DNA from: an uncultured bacterium
GTDB lineage: Bacteria > Krumholzibacteriota > Krumholzibacteriia > JACNKJ01
Reading direction: 5' to 3'
Length of the DNA stretch: 64,000 nt
NCBI GenBank assembly: GCA_963695095.1
Contig: CAVOFT010000001.1
Location: 2,784,001 to 2,848,000, forward strand
Both the position numbers and the translations under genes were made by a program. Of the stretch, positions 43,382 through 51,625 are shown piece after piece. Each line of letters starts with the position of its first letter. Position 1 is the first letter of the stretch. Below the pieces are notes generated by a model, which saw only the letters and a list, made by a program, of their open reading frames with translations, was not told the origin of the DNA and did not search any database.

Positions 43382-44165
43382 ATGCGCCGTCTCCTCTTCG
43401 CCTCGCTGCTTGATCCTCTGGCGCCACGGCCAGCCAGGCCAAGCGTCGAGCTGCGCTTCGATCCTGCCGACCAGCACGTCGACCACCGGCGCGAACGGCA
43501 CGCTCTCGGTCATGGTCGACGATGCGCTGGACATCCGCACGATCGAGCTCACCGTCACCTACGACCCAGCCATCCTCACCAGCCTCGCCGGCATCCCCGG
43601 GCAGCTCTTGACCGCTCGGGCTGCTCGCTGTTCCACGACTTCCAGCATGGCACGGCCGGCCAGTGGTATGGCGCCTGCGTGGCGCTCGGCTTCGACTGCT
43701 GGGTGACCGGCCCCGGCGAGCTCTATCGCTGGACCTTCAACGGCGACGCATCCCGGCACCAGCCCCATCGACGGTCGTCGCAGGTGCGTCTCTACGATCC
43801 CGCAGGCGAACATCATCGCGGACGTCACCCTGCCCGGCACGACGGTGCTCGTCGGCGAGGGCACGGCGAGCCCGCCGCCGCCGGCGCCGGGCCTCGAGCT
43901 GGGCATCGCGCCCAACCCCTTCAATCCGGGCTGCCGGATCACGCTCGCCGCCTCGGCGCCCGGCCCCGCCAGCCTCGAGGTCTTCGACCTCGCCGGTCAT
44001 CGCGTGGCAAGGCCCTGGCAGGGCATCCTGGACGCGGGAGCTACGAGTCTCGACTGGCAGGCCGTCGACAGCGCCGGCCGCCCGCTGGCCAGCGGTGTCT
44101 ACCTTTTCCGCCTCACGGACGCCGCCGGCCGCTCCCTCACCCGCCGGGGCACCCTGCTCAAGTAA
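43382..44165 (+). CDS. Small secreted protein, cohesin-like domain plus FlgD-Ig C-terminal domain; multiple frameshifts
   Basis: AGGAG RBS, MRRLLFASLL; LSVMVDDALDIRTIELTVTYDPAIL; GPGELYRWTF; APNPFNP...SGVYLFRL...GTLLK. Confidence 0.65.
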
Positions 44166-44258
44166 GCCCCCCTATTGCGCGGCCCCGGCTCGGCTGCTAG
44201 CTTATCCGCGTTCCCTATCCGCTTTTCCCGCTTCACCCAATGCCCAGGACGGATGACC

Positions 44259-45380
44259 ATGGCAGACAAGACCGCCGATCTCGCCGGACCCGGCGTCAGC
44301 ACCTACGAGGAAGTCGCGAAGGCGCTCCCCGTCGGCTACAAGTCCGTGCTCACTCCCAACGAGACGCAGAAGGCCCTCTACGCCGTGAAGCGCGCGATCG
44401 AGGACGGGCTGGCCCGCGAGCTCAACGTGATGCTGGTGCAGTGCCCGCTGATCCTCGACAAGCACAGCGGCATGAACGACTACCTGGACCGCGACGGCTC
44501 GCGCACGCCGGTGGACTTCCTGGCCGGCCTCGGCCTGCCCCAGCGCATGGAAGCGCAGGTGGTGCAGGCGGCCACCAAGTGGAAGCGCTTCGCGCTGAAG
44601 CAGTACGGCTGCCAGGTCGGCGAGGGCATCAACACGGACATGCGCGCCGTGCGCAAGGACTACTTCCTGGACCACGACCACAGCAGCTACGTGGACCAGT
44701 GGGACTGGGAGCGCGTGATCACGGCCAAGGACCGCAACCTCGAGTTCCTCACCATGATCGTCAAGAAGATCTGGAAGGTGCTCGTCGAGGCCGAGGATCT
44801 CGCCCACGACATGTACCCGCAGCTGGACAAGTACGAGAAGATGCCCCGCGAGCTGGTCTTCCTGCACGCCGAGGAGATCCTCGAGCGCTATCCCGACCTG
44901 CCGCGCAAGCAGCGCGAGACGAACATCATCCAGGAGCACCCGGCGATCTTCATCTACGGTATCGGCCACACGCTGGCCGACGGCTACCCCCACGAGATGC
45001 GCGCCGCCGACTACGACGACTGGGTCACGCCCAGCGTGGTCAAGAAGGGCGTGCAGATGCACGGCCTCAACGGCGACATCCTGGTGTGGAACAAGATCAC
45101 GCATCGGCGCCACGAGCTGAGCAGCATGGGCATCCGCGTCACCAAGGAAACGCTCAAGGAGCAGCTCAAGATCACCGGGCAGGAGCACTTCCTCAAGATG
45201 CCCTACCACAAGATGATCCTGAACGACGAGATCCCGCTGAGCATCGGCGGCGGGCTCGGCCAGAGCCGCATCTACAGCTACATCCTCAAGAAGGCCGCCC
45301 TCGGCGAGGTGAGCGTGACGATCTGGCCCGAGCAGCTGCACAAGATCTGCGCGGAGAAGAACATCCACCTGCTGCGCTAG
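44259..45380 (+). CDS. asnA: Aspartate--ammonia ligase (asparagine synthetase A)
   Basis: VVQAATKWKR, TDMRAVR, HSSYVDQWDWE, RAADYDDW, GLNGDILVWN, ELSSMGIRV, SIGGGLGQSR. Confidence 0.94.
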   Translation: MADKTADLAGPGVSTYEEVAKALPVGYKSVLTPNETQKALYAVKRAIEDGLARELNVMLVQCPLILDKHSGMNDYLDRDGSRTPVDFLAGLGLPQRMEAQVVQAATKWKRFALKQYGCQVGEGINTDMRAVRKDYFLDHDHSSYVDQWDWERVITAKDRNLEFLTMIVKKIWKVLVEAEDLAHDMYPQLDKYEKMPRELVFLHAEEILERYPDLPRKQRETNIIQEHPAIFIYGIGHTLADGYPHEMRAADYDDWVTPSVVKKGVQMHGLNGDILVWNKITHRRHELSSMGIRVTKETLKEQLKITGQEHFLKMPYHKMILNDEIPLSIGGGLGQSRIYSYILKKAALGEVSVTIWPEQLHKICAEKNIHLLR

Positions 45381-45411
45381 GCGCGCCGACAACGCAGGAC
45401 CGGCAACGAAA

Positions 45412-45459
45412 GGCCCTTCCGCTCGACTCCGCACTGCGTGAGTCGCTCGCGGAAGGGCT
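45412..45459. terminator. Long hairpin between convergent asnA and gatD
   Basis: GGCCCTTCCGC...CGACTC / GAGTCG...GCGGAAGGGCT. Confidence 0.55.
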
Positions 45460-45521
45460 CTCTGCCGTCTGCCCCGCACGGCGCCGCCGCCTAGCGCAGC
45501 GCGCGGGCGAGGCGGCTCGTT

Positions 45522-45537
45522 GTGTACACGTGTACAC
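45522..45537. repeat. Perfect 16-bp palindrome GTGTACACGTGTACAC
   Basis: Self-complementary, also a tandem of GTGTACAC. Confidence 0.7.
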
Positions 45538-45659
45538 TTCGCCTCGACGGAGGCATGAGTGCTGCCGTGGCCGCATCGCGGTGCAGCCGGCGGCGCATCA
45601 GGCGGGCGGCCTGCCTGCCACCTGCCCCCGGGGGCGACTCCCCCACGCAGCCCCGAGGA

Positions 45660-47114
45660 TCACTTCCGGTGATCGCGCACGAAGGCCTCGAGCTCGGGCA
45701 GCCCGCCCTGGAAGACCAGGTAGCCGTCGTGCGTCTCCCGCTCGGTGATGTCGTCGGCCACCGGCGTCGTCATGATGCGGCGGACCTCCTCGAGCTCATC
45801 GCTCTGCCCCAGGGCCCAGCCCAGCTTCATGTAGGCCACCTCGGGCAGCATGTTGGCCAGCGGCGTCACTCCCATCTCCATGATCTCGCGGCCGGTCTCG
45901 TAGACGTACATCTGCACGTAACCCCAGAGCGTCTGCACGGTCATGAAGACGCCCACCCCGGCCGCCCGCGCCCGCTCGATCGCCGGGTAGATGGGCCGGT
46001 TCACGTGCCCCAGCCCCGTGCCCGCGATGACGATGCCACGGTAGCCATGCTCGACGAGCGCGTCGATGACGTCCGCCTTCATCCCCGGGTAGTAGTAGAC
46101 GATCGCTGCCCGGTCGTCGAAGACGGGCGTCACCCGGAATTCCGCGAGCGCGGACGCCTTGGCCTCCGGGCGCCGCCCCTCCACGGCCGTGCGGAAGCGG
46201 CGCGGGTTGTAGTCCTGCCGGATGGGATGCACGCCCTCGCGGCTCACGGTGGCCAGCGGCGTGTCGCTCAGCGAGCGAAAGGTGCTGCGGTAGCTCGAGT
46301 GCATCTTGCGCACGCGGGTGCCCCGGTGGAGCAGGCCGTACTGGTCGCTGGTCGGCCCGAACATGCAGACCATCACCTCGGCGATGTCGCCCTGCCCCGC
46401 GGTCACCGCCGCGTGGATCAGGTTCAGCGCGGCGTCGGAGCTGGGGCGGTCGCTGCTGCGCTGGCTGCCCACCATCACGATGGGCACGGGCGGGTTCTGC
46501 AGCATGAAGCTGAGCACGGCCGCCGTGTGGGACATCGTGTCCGTGCCGTGGCCGATGACGATGCCGTCGGCCCCCGCGCGAATCGCGCTCTCCACGGCCA
46601 GCGCGGTGCCGATCCACTGCTCGGGGCCCATGTTCTCGCTGAAGACGCCGTAGAGCTTCTCGGTCTCCAGGTTGCAGACGTCCGCCAGCTCGGGCACGGA
46701 GCCGTAGAGCTCGCCCGGCGTGAAGGCGGGAATCACGGCCCCCGTGCGGTAGTCCAGGCGGCTGGCGATGGTGCCGCCCGTGCCGAAGAGCTTCACGAAG
46801 GGCTTGCCGGCGTCGCGCGGGAAGGCCTGCTCGGGAATCTTGTAGCGCGCCTCCTTGCGGCCCAGCTCGGTCAGGCGAATCACCGTGTCCGCATGGAGGC
46901 CCACGTTGTAGCCGCTGGCGAGCTTGAGCACGAGGTGATCGGCATCCGCGGTCACGCTGCGGGGCAGGATGATGCCGCGGAAGCGGCCCTGGCTGGTCTC
47001 GGCATCCACATCGCTCCAGACGCCGACGCCTTCCCGCTCGAGCAGGGCGCGGCCCGCCCCGCGATAGCCCTTGAAGCGCTCCTCGCTCGCGTTGGGATTC
47101 ACGGGCTCGCTCAT
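45660..47114 (-). CDS. gatD: Glutamyl-tRNA(Gln) amidotransferase subunit D
   Basis: GatD N-domain LVLKLASGYNVG; TGGTIASRLDYRTGAV, FSENM, HGTDTM, GSQRSSDRPSSD, RKMHSSYRSTF, GTGLGHV, VYETGR, MLPEVAYMKL. Confidence 0.93.
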   Translation of the reverse strand: MSEPVNPNASEERFKGYRGAGRALLEREGVGVWSDVDAETSQGRFRGIILPRSVTADADHLVLKLASGYNVGLHADTVIRLTELGRKEARYKIPEQAFPRDAGKPFVKLFGTGGTIASRLDYRTGAVIPAFTPGELYGSVPELADVCNLETEKLYGVFSENMGPEQWIGTALAVESAIRAGADGIVIGHGTDTMSHTAAVLSFMLQNPPVPIVMVGSQRSSDRPSSDAALNLIHAAVTAGQGDIAEVMVCMFGPTSDQYGLLHRGTRVRKMHSSYRSTFRSLSDTPLATVSREGVHPIRQDYNPRRFRTAVEGRRPEAKASALAEFRVTPVFDDRAAIVYYYPGMKADVIDALVEHGYRGIVIAGTGLGHVNRPIYPAIERARAAGVGVFMTVQTLWGYVQMYVYETGREIMEMGVTPLANMLPEVAYMKLGWALGQSDELEEVRRIMTTPVADDITERETHDGYLVFQGGLPELEAFVRDHRK

Positions 47115-49051
47115 CGCCGCTCCTTTCCCGGCGCCGATCCGGTGGTCACCGTCTGCAGCGCGAGCTGCGCGGCCAGGCGCGCGCCCGCGCAGCTCACGCC
47201 GAGGCTCTCGCGCAGGCGACCGAGGCGATAGCGCCCCAGGCTCCCCTCTGCGAGCGGCCGCGCGGGGGGCGACATCGCGGCAAGGGCCGCGGCCACCCGC
47301 GCCGCCAGGGCGGCGTCGTCCAGGGGCGGCGGCGGCACGGGCCGCTCCTGGCCGCCGCTCCGCGCCCAGCGGGCGAGGGCGCCGCGGTCCGCCTCGCGCG
47401 GCGCGCGGGCGAGAAAGTCGGGCAGCCAGACCAGGCCGGCCGGATCGGGCATGGCCAGACCCTCGCGCTCGAGCGCCCGCCAGTGAGCGGTGAGGAGGAT
47501 GGCCAGGCGCCGGAGGCCGGGGCCGTCCGGCGCCAGCGCTTCGGCCAGGGCGAGGAAGGCCTTGGCCCGGCCCTGGCGCTGGAGCTGGCCGGCCAGCTCG
47601 GCGCCCAGGCCGGTGGCAGCGAGAGCCGCCTCCTCCTCCCAGGGACGCGGGGGCAGCGCGGCGCCGATGCTGTTCCAGTCCGCGATGGGCAGCGGCAGGG
47701 GCGGCAGATCCGTGTCCGGGTACATGCGATCCGGGCCGGGCAGCACGCGCTCGAAGCGCGTGGTGCCGTCCGGCTGCGACTGCCTCGTCTCGCGGGGCAC
47801 ACCGGTCAGGGCTTCCTGGGCGCGCAGCTCGATCTCGCCGAGCGCCGTCTCCAGGTCGCGGGCGCCGCCCCAGACCATGAGGATGGGCGGGTCCTCGCCG
47901 ATGCCCAGCACCTGCCGCACGCGCTGCCACTCGCTCCAGGTGGGCCCGTCGTCGAGCTGCTCGCTGGAGACGAGGTTGGGATTGCGGTCCAGGCAGGCGA
48001 CCACGCGCACGCGGTCGCGGAACTCGCTCAGGAAGCGTACGCCCGGCTGCACCTCGCGGCGCAGCACCCCCTCGAAGCCGGGCAGGGCGATGGCGCCCAG
48101 GCGGTCGCCTCGCGCCAGGGCCTTCTGCACCGGGCGATACTGGCAGGTCTTGAACAGCCCCGACACCTCGGCGCGCAGGCCCTGGTAGCCCAGGGCGGGC
48201 AGGCCGCGCTCGACGAGCAGCTCGCGAATGTCCAGCAGGCTCTTCTGGCGCAGGGCCTCGTTGTGCACCAGGCGGCCGATGACGGGGATGCGGCTCACGC
48301 CCTTGATCTCGATGCGCGTGCCGCCGCGCACGCTGACGTTGACATCCTGCCGCGAAGCGCCCGCCCCGCGGCGCACCTTGCCCGTGATGCGGGTGAGGCG
48401 CCGCACCGCCTGGGCGGCGGCCTCCACCTCGGCGGGCGTGGCCAGCTCGGGAGCGGTGACCACCTCGATCAGGGGCATGCCCAGACGGTCGGTGCGGTAG
48501 CAGCGCAGGTGGCCCTGGTCCGAGAGCTCGCGGCTGGAGTCCTCCTCGATGCTGAGCTGCAGCACGCCCAGCGGGCGGCCGCTGGCGGGCAGGCTGCCCT
48601 GCACGCCGAGAATCGCCGTGCGCTGGAAGCCCGCCGGGATCGAGCCGTCCAGGTACTGCTTGCGCATCACGTGCAGCTCGCCCACGGGCTGCAGGCCCAG
48701 CAGCAGGGTGATCTCCATGGCGATGGCCAGGGCCTCGGGGTCGATGGCGAAGGGCGGCGCGTCGTCCATCTCGTAGGTGCAGACGCTGGCCTTGTTCAGC
48801 CGGTAGAGGATCTCCTTGCGCGTCTTGAATTCCATGAGCGCCGTGCCGTCGTACTCGCCAAGCTCGGAGAGCGTGGGCCGCATGTGGCGCAGGATCTCGG
48901 CGTCGAAGGCGTCGCTGTAGAGCCCGGCCGGGCAGCGGCAGAAGAGCTTGCGCCGGGTCAGGAGCTGGACGTGCACCTCCAGGCCGGCCACGAGGCCCAG
49001 GGCGGCATAGTCGTCGGCACTGAGCGTGCCGTACTCGGGCAGTTGCGACAT
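47111..49051 (-). CDS. gatE: Glutamyl-tRNA(Gln) amidotransferase subunit E
   Basis: GLEVHVQL, KLFCRCP, RPTLSELGEYD, MRK..LDGS...GFQRT, IEEDS, DRLGMPLIEV, VRRGAGASRQDVNVSV, IEIKGV, GAD-like insertion, VPRETR, RVLPGPDRMYPDTDLPP; ATGA overlap with gatD. Confidence 0.93.
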   Translation of the reverse strand: MSQLPEYGTLSADDYAALGLVAGLEVHVQLLTRRKLFCRCPAGLYSDAFDAEILRHMRPTLSELGEYDGTALMEFKTRKEILYRLNKASVCTYEMDDAPPFAIDPEALAIAMEITLLLGLQPVGELHVMRKQYLDGSIPAGFQRTAILGVQGSLPASGRPLGVLQLSIEEDSSRELSDQGHLRCYRTDRLGMPLIEVVTAPELATPAEVEAAAQAVRRLTRITGKVRRGAGASRQDVNVSVRGGTRIEIKGVSRIPVIGRLVHNEALRQKSLLDIRELLVERGLPALGYQGLRAEVSGLFKTCQYRPVQKALARGDRLGAIALPGFEGVLRREVQPGVRFLSEFRDRVRVVACLDRNPNLVSSEQLDDGPTWSEWQRVRQVLGIGEDPPILMVWGGARDLETALGEIELRAQEALTGVPRETRQSQPDGTTRFERVLPGPDRMYPDTDLPPLPLPIADWNSIGAALPPRPWEEEAALAATGLGAELAGQLQRQGRAKAFLALAEALAPDGPGLRRLAILLTAHWRALEREGLAMPDPAGLVWLPDFLARAPREADRGALARWARSGGQERPVPPPPLDDAALAARVAAALAAMSPPARPLAEGSLGRYRLGRLRESLGVSCAGARLAAQLALQTVTTGSAPGKERR

Positions 49052-49256
49052 CGGGGGCTCCGGAAAAGAGGGAAGCGCTGCAGCCCCGCAAGGTACAGGA
49101 CCCGACCGGGCTTTTCCAGCCTCCTGCCGACCGGAGTTTCGCTTGCCTCGCAAACTCATGGGGGGGAGCCACATGGCTCCCACTTCGCGCTTCCGGCCGC
49201 GACTTTCGGATGACGACGGAGCGCCGCCCTGCTAGGCTGCGCGCGGGAGGATTATC

Positions 49257-50045
49257 GTGCGCAGCCTGAACCTGTCCCCCTTCTGGCGCTGGGCCATCGC
49301 CCTCGTGCTCGCTCTCGCCGGGCTCTTCGCCCAGCGCATGCTCTCCAGCAAGCTGCCCCTCGCCGTGCTCGTCGACTGGGAAGGCCGCCAGGTGACTGCC
49401 GAGCTCGCCCGCAGCCACGTCGGCCCGGGCGGCCAGCGCTTGAGCGTCCAGGGCCTCGATGCCAACTGGACGGGCGAGCTGATCTGGCGGCCGGCCGGCG
49501 AGGGCAACTTCACGCGCATGGCCCTGCGCAATCTGGGCAGCCTCATCACGGGCGAAATCCCGGCGCAAGCGCGGGGCGCGCAGGTGGAGTACCGGATCGA
49601 GATCACGACACCGCGCGGGCTGCTGCGGCTGCCTGCCCACGGCACCGTGATCACGCAGTTCCGGGGCGCGGCGCCGCTGTGGGTGAGCCTGCCGCATATC
49701 GTGTTGCTCGCGTTGGGCTTGCTGCTGGCGATGCGCGCGGGCATGGAGGCCCTCGCCCTGGGCGATCACGCGCTGGGTTTCGCCAGCGGCAGCCTGCTGG
49801 CCTTCCTCGGCGGCGGCCTCATCCTGGGCCCGCTGATGAAGCACCATGCCTATGGGTTCCTCTGGGCGGGGCCGCCGCAAGGCCTGGACAGCACCGACAC
49901 CAAGACCCTGATCCTGGTGCTCGCCTGGCTGCTGCCGTTCCTGCTCCGGGCCCGCGGCCGGCGCGTGCGGCGCTGGATCCTTCTCGCCGCTGCTCTGAGC
50001 CTGGCCGCCTTCCTCATCCCCCATAGCAGCTTCGGCCCGGCCTGA
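49257..50045 (+). CDS. Hypothetical membrane protein (N-terminal TM, soluble beta domain, about 4 TM)
   Basis: GGAGG RBS, GTG start, hydrophobicity pattern. Confidence 0.7.
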   Translation: MRSLNLSPFWRWAIALVLALAGLFAQRMLSSKLPLAVLVDWEGRQVTAELARSHVGPGGQRLSVQGLDANWTGELIWRPAGEGNFTRMALRNLGSLITGEIPAQARGAQVEYRIEITTPRGLLRLPAHGTVITQFRGAAPLWVSLPHIVLLALGLLLAMRAGMEALALGDHALGFASGSLLAFLGGGLILGPLMKHHAYGFLWAGPPQGLDSTDTKTLILVLAWLLPFLLRARGRRVRRWILLAAALSLAAFLIPHSSFGPA

Positions 50046-50072
50046 GTCCGGCCTGCCGCCCAAGGAGTCGCC

Positions 50073-50474
50073 GTGAAGGACATGCTCGAGGAGATCTTCG
50101 CGATGCAGCGGGAGCTGAACCGCTACACGCTGGCCCAGAACGGGCAGGGCGACTACGAGGCCATTCCCGGCGATCGCGGGCTGCAGAACACCTGGGTGCG
50201 CAACTATGCGCTCGCCATGAACCAGGAGATCGCCGAGCTCGTCGATTCCACGAACTGGAAGTGGTGGCGCACGAAGGTGGACCTCTTCGACGAGCAGAAC
50301 CTGCGCGTCGAGCTGGTGGACATCCTCCATTTCTGGGTGAGCGCCTGCCAGGTGATGGGCCTCTCGGCCGCCGACGTCCACCGCATGTACCTGCAGAAGA
50401 ATGCCGTCAACCGGCGCCGCCAGGATGCGGGCTATCTCGAGAAGGACGAGGCGGACAACCGCGGCATCGGCTAG
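50073..50474 (+). CDS. Dimeric all-alpha dUTP diphosphatase
   Basis: AAGGAG RBS; QEIAELVDSTNWKWW, ELVDILHF, YLQKNAVNRRRQDAGY. Confidence 0.85.
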   Translation: MKDMLEEIFAMQRELNRYTLAQNGQGDYEAIPGDRGLQNTWVRNYALAMNQEIAELVDSTNWKWWRTKVDLFDEQNLRVELVDILHFWVSACQVMGLSAADVHRMYLQKNAVNRRRQDAGYLEKDEADNRGIG

Positions 50475-50989
50475 TGCGTCCTGACGACGATGTAGACGGC
50501 GATGCCCATGCCCACCGAGACCTTGAACAGGCTGGCCAGCAGCTTGCCGAGGAAGGCGCCCCAGCCCGCGCGCAGGGCCTCGGCGTCCACGCGCCGGCGA
50601 TGCCAGGCCTCCAGCAAGACGGCGCCCGCGCCCGCGCCGAGAAAGGCCCCGACCAGGGTGCCGACCAGGGGCAGGATGGCCGAGCCGATCAGCGAGCCGG
50701 CGATCCCGCCCAGGAAAGCCCCACCGACGCCCCACCAGGAGGCGCCGTAGCGCTTGACCATCGCCGCGCCGAGCAGGGACTCCACCAGCTCGGCCAGCAA
50801 CACCGCGCCCAGCATCGCGAGCAGGGCCACCCAGCCGATCGCCGCGAAGTGCCCCAGCCAGGCCGCGAGCAGGGCCAGCCCGAGCAGGATGAAATTGCCC
50901 GGCAGGCCCAAGGGCACGAGGATCAGGCAAGTCAGGAGCCCCAGGTCCAGCAGGACCAGGCCCAGGATCTTCAGCGACGCATCCCACAT
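50471..50989 (-). CDS. DUF456 family membrane protein
   Basis: PLGLPG, KRYGASWWG, glycine-rich TMs, ALRAGWGAFLGK. Confidence 0.82.
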   Translation of the reverse strand: MWDASLKILGLVLLDLGLLTCLILVPLGLPGNFILLGLALLAAWLGHFAAIGWVALLAMLGAVLLAELVESLLGAAMVKRYGASWWGVGGAFLGGIAGSLIGSAILPLVGTLVGAFLGAGAGAVLLEAWHRRRVDAEALRAGWGAFLGKLLASLFKVSVGMGIAVYIVVRTH

Positions 50990-51116
50990 GGCCATCTCCC
51001 GGCAGGGTGTCGGTGGGCAGTCTAGCGGGCGCGGGCGCCGGGCTCAAGCCGAGCACCCTTGCCCTGCCGGAGATGACCTGCTTGACTGAGCCCTGTCCCC
51101 GCCCTCGGAGGTATCC

Positions 51117-51554
51117 ATGCCTCGCCTCACGCTCGCGCCGCTGCCCGCCTACGACTTCGCCTGCACCCTCGCCGTGCGCACGACGGATCTGAACTATGGC
51201 GGCCACCTGGGCAACGATCGCCTCCTGGCCCTCGTCCAGGAGGCGCGCGTGGCCTTCCTCGCCGCGCGCGCGCTGAGCGAGCTCGACGCCGGCGGGCCCA
51301 GCCTCATCATGGCCGACGCCGCCATCGTCTATCAGGGCGAGGCCTTTGCCGGCGACCTGCTGCGCTTCGAAGTGGCGGCACGCGAGCCCGGGCGAGTCGG
51401 GTTTCGCCTCTTCACCCGCGTCACGCGGCCGGCCGACGGCGCCGCCATCGCTCTCGTGGAAATCGGCATGGTCTGCTTCGACTATCGCTCGCGCCGAGCT
51501 CAGCCCCTCACCCCGGCCCTCCATGCCCTCTGCGCAGCCCCAGCCGGGACCTGA
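51117..51554 (+). CDS. Hotdog-fold thioesterase family protein
   Basis: VRTTDLNYGGHLGND, QEAR, YQGEAFAGD; GGAGG RBS. Confidence 0.87.
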   Translation: MPRLTLAPLPAYDFACTLAVRTTDLNYGGHLGNDRLLALVQEARVAFLAARALSELDAGGPSLIMADAAIVYQGEAFAGDLLRFEVAAREPGRVGFRLFTRVTRPADGAAIALVEIGMVCFDYRSRRAQPLTPALHALCAAPAGT

Positions 51555-51625
51555 GCCGAGCATTTTTCCAGGCCTCGTGACAGAGCAGTGACAACGAGTT
51601 AGGGCGTATTTCCTACTATTTCGCC

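Noticed and set aside
47111..49051. Calling this gene gatB and its neighbour a plain L-asparaginase
   Set aside because: It lacks the GatB RKNYFYPD motif and has GatE-specific motifs and insertion; the neighbour has the GatD N-domain and SQRSSDR.
49052..49256. T-box or riboswitch leader for gatED
   Set aside because: Only a 7-bp hairpin (49164-49181); no T-box sequence or terminator/antiterminator recognised.
45660..51563. 1967-aa ORF as a giant GatD fusion
   Set aside because: Only the last 484 aa are GatD; the rest is a stop-free shadow frame over gatE and opposite-strand genes, typical of high GC.
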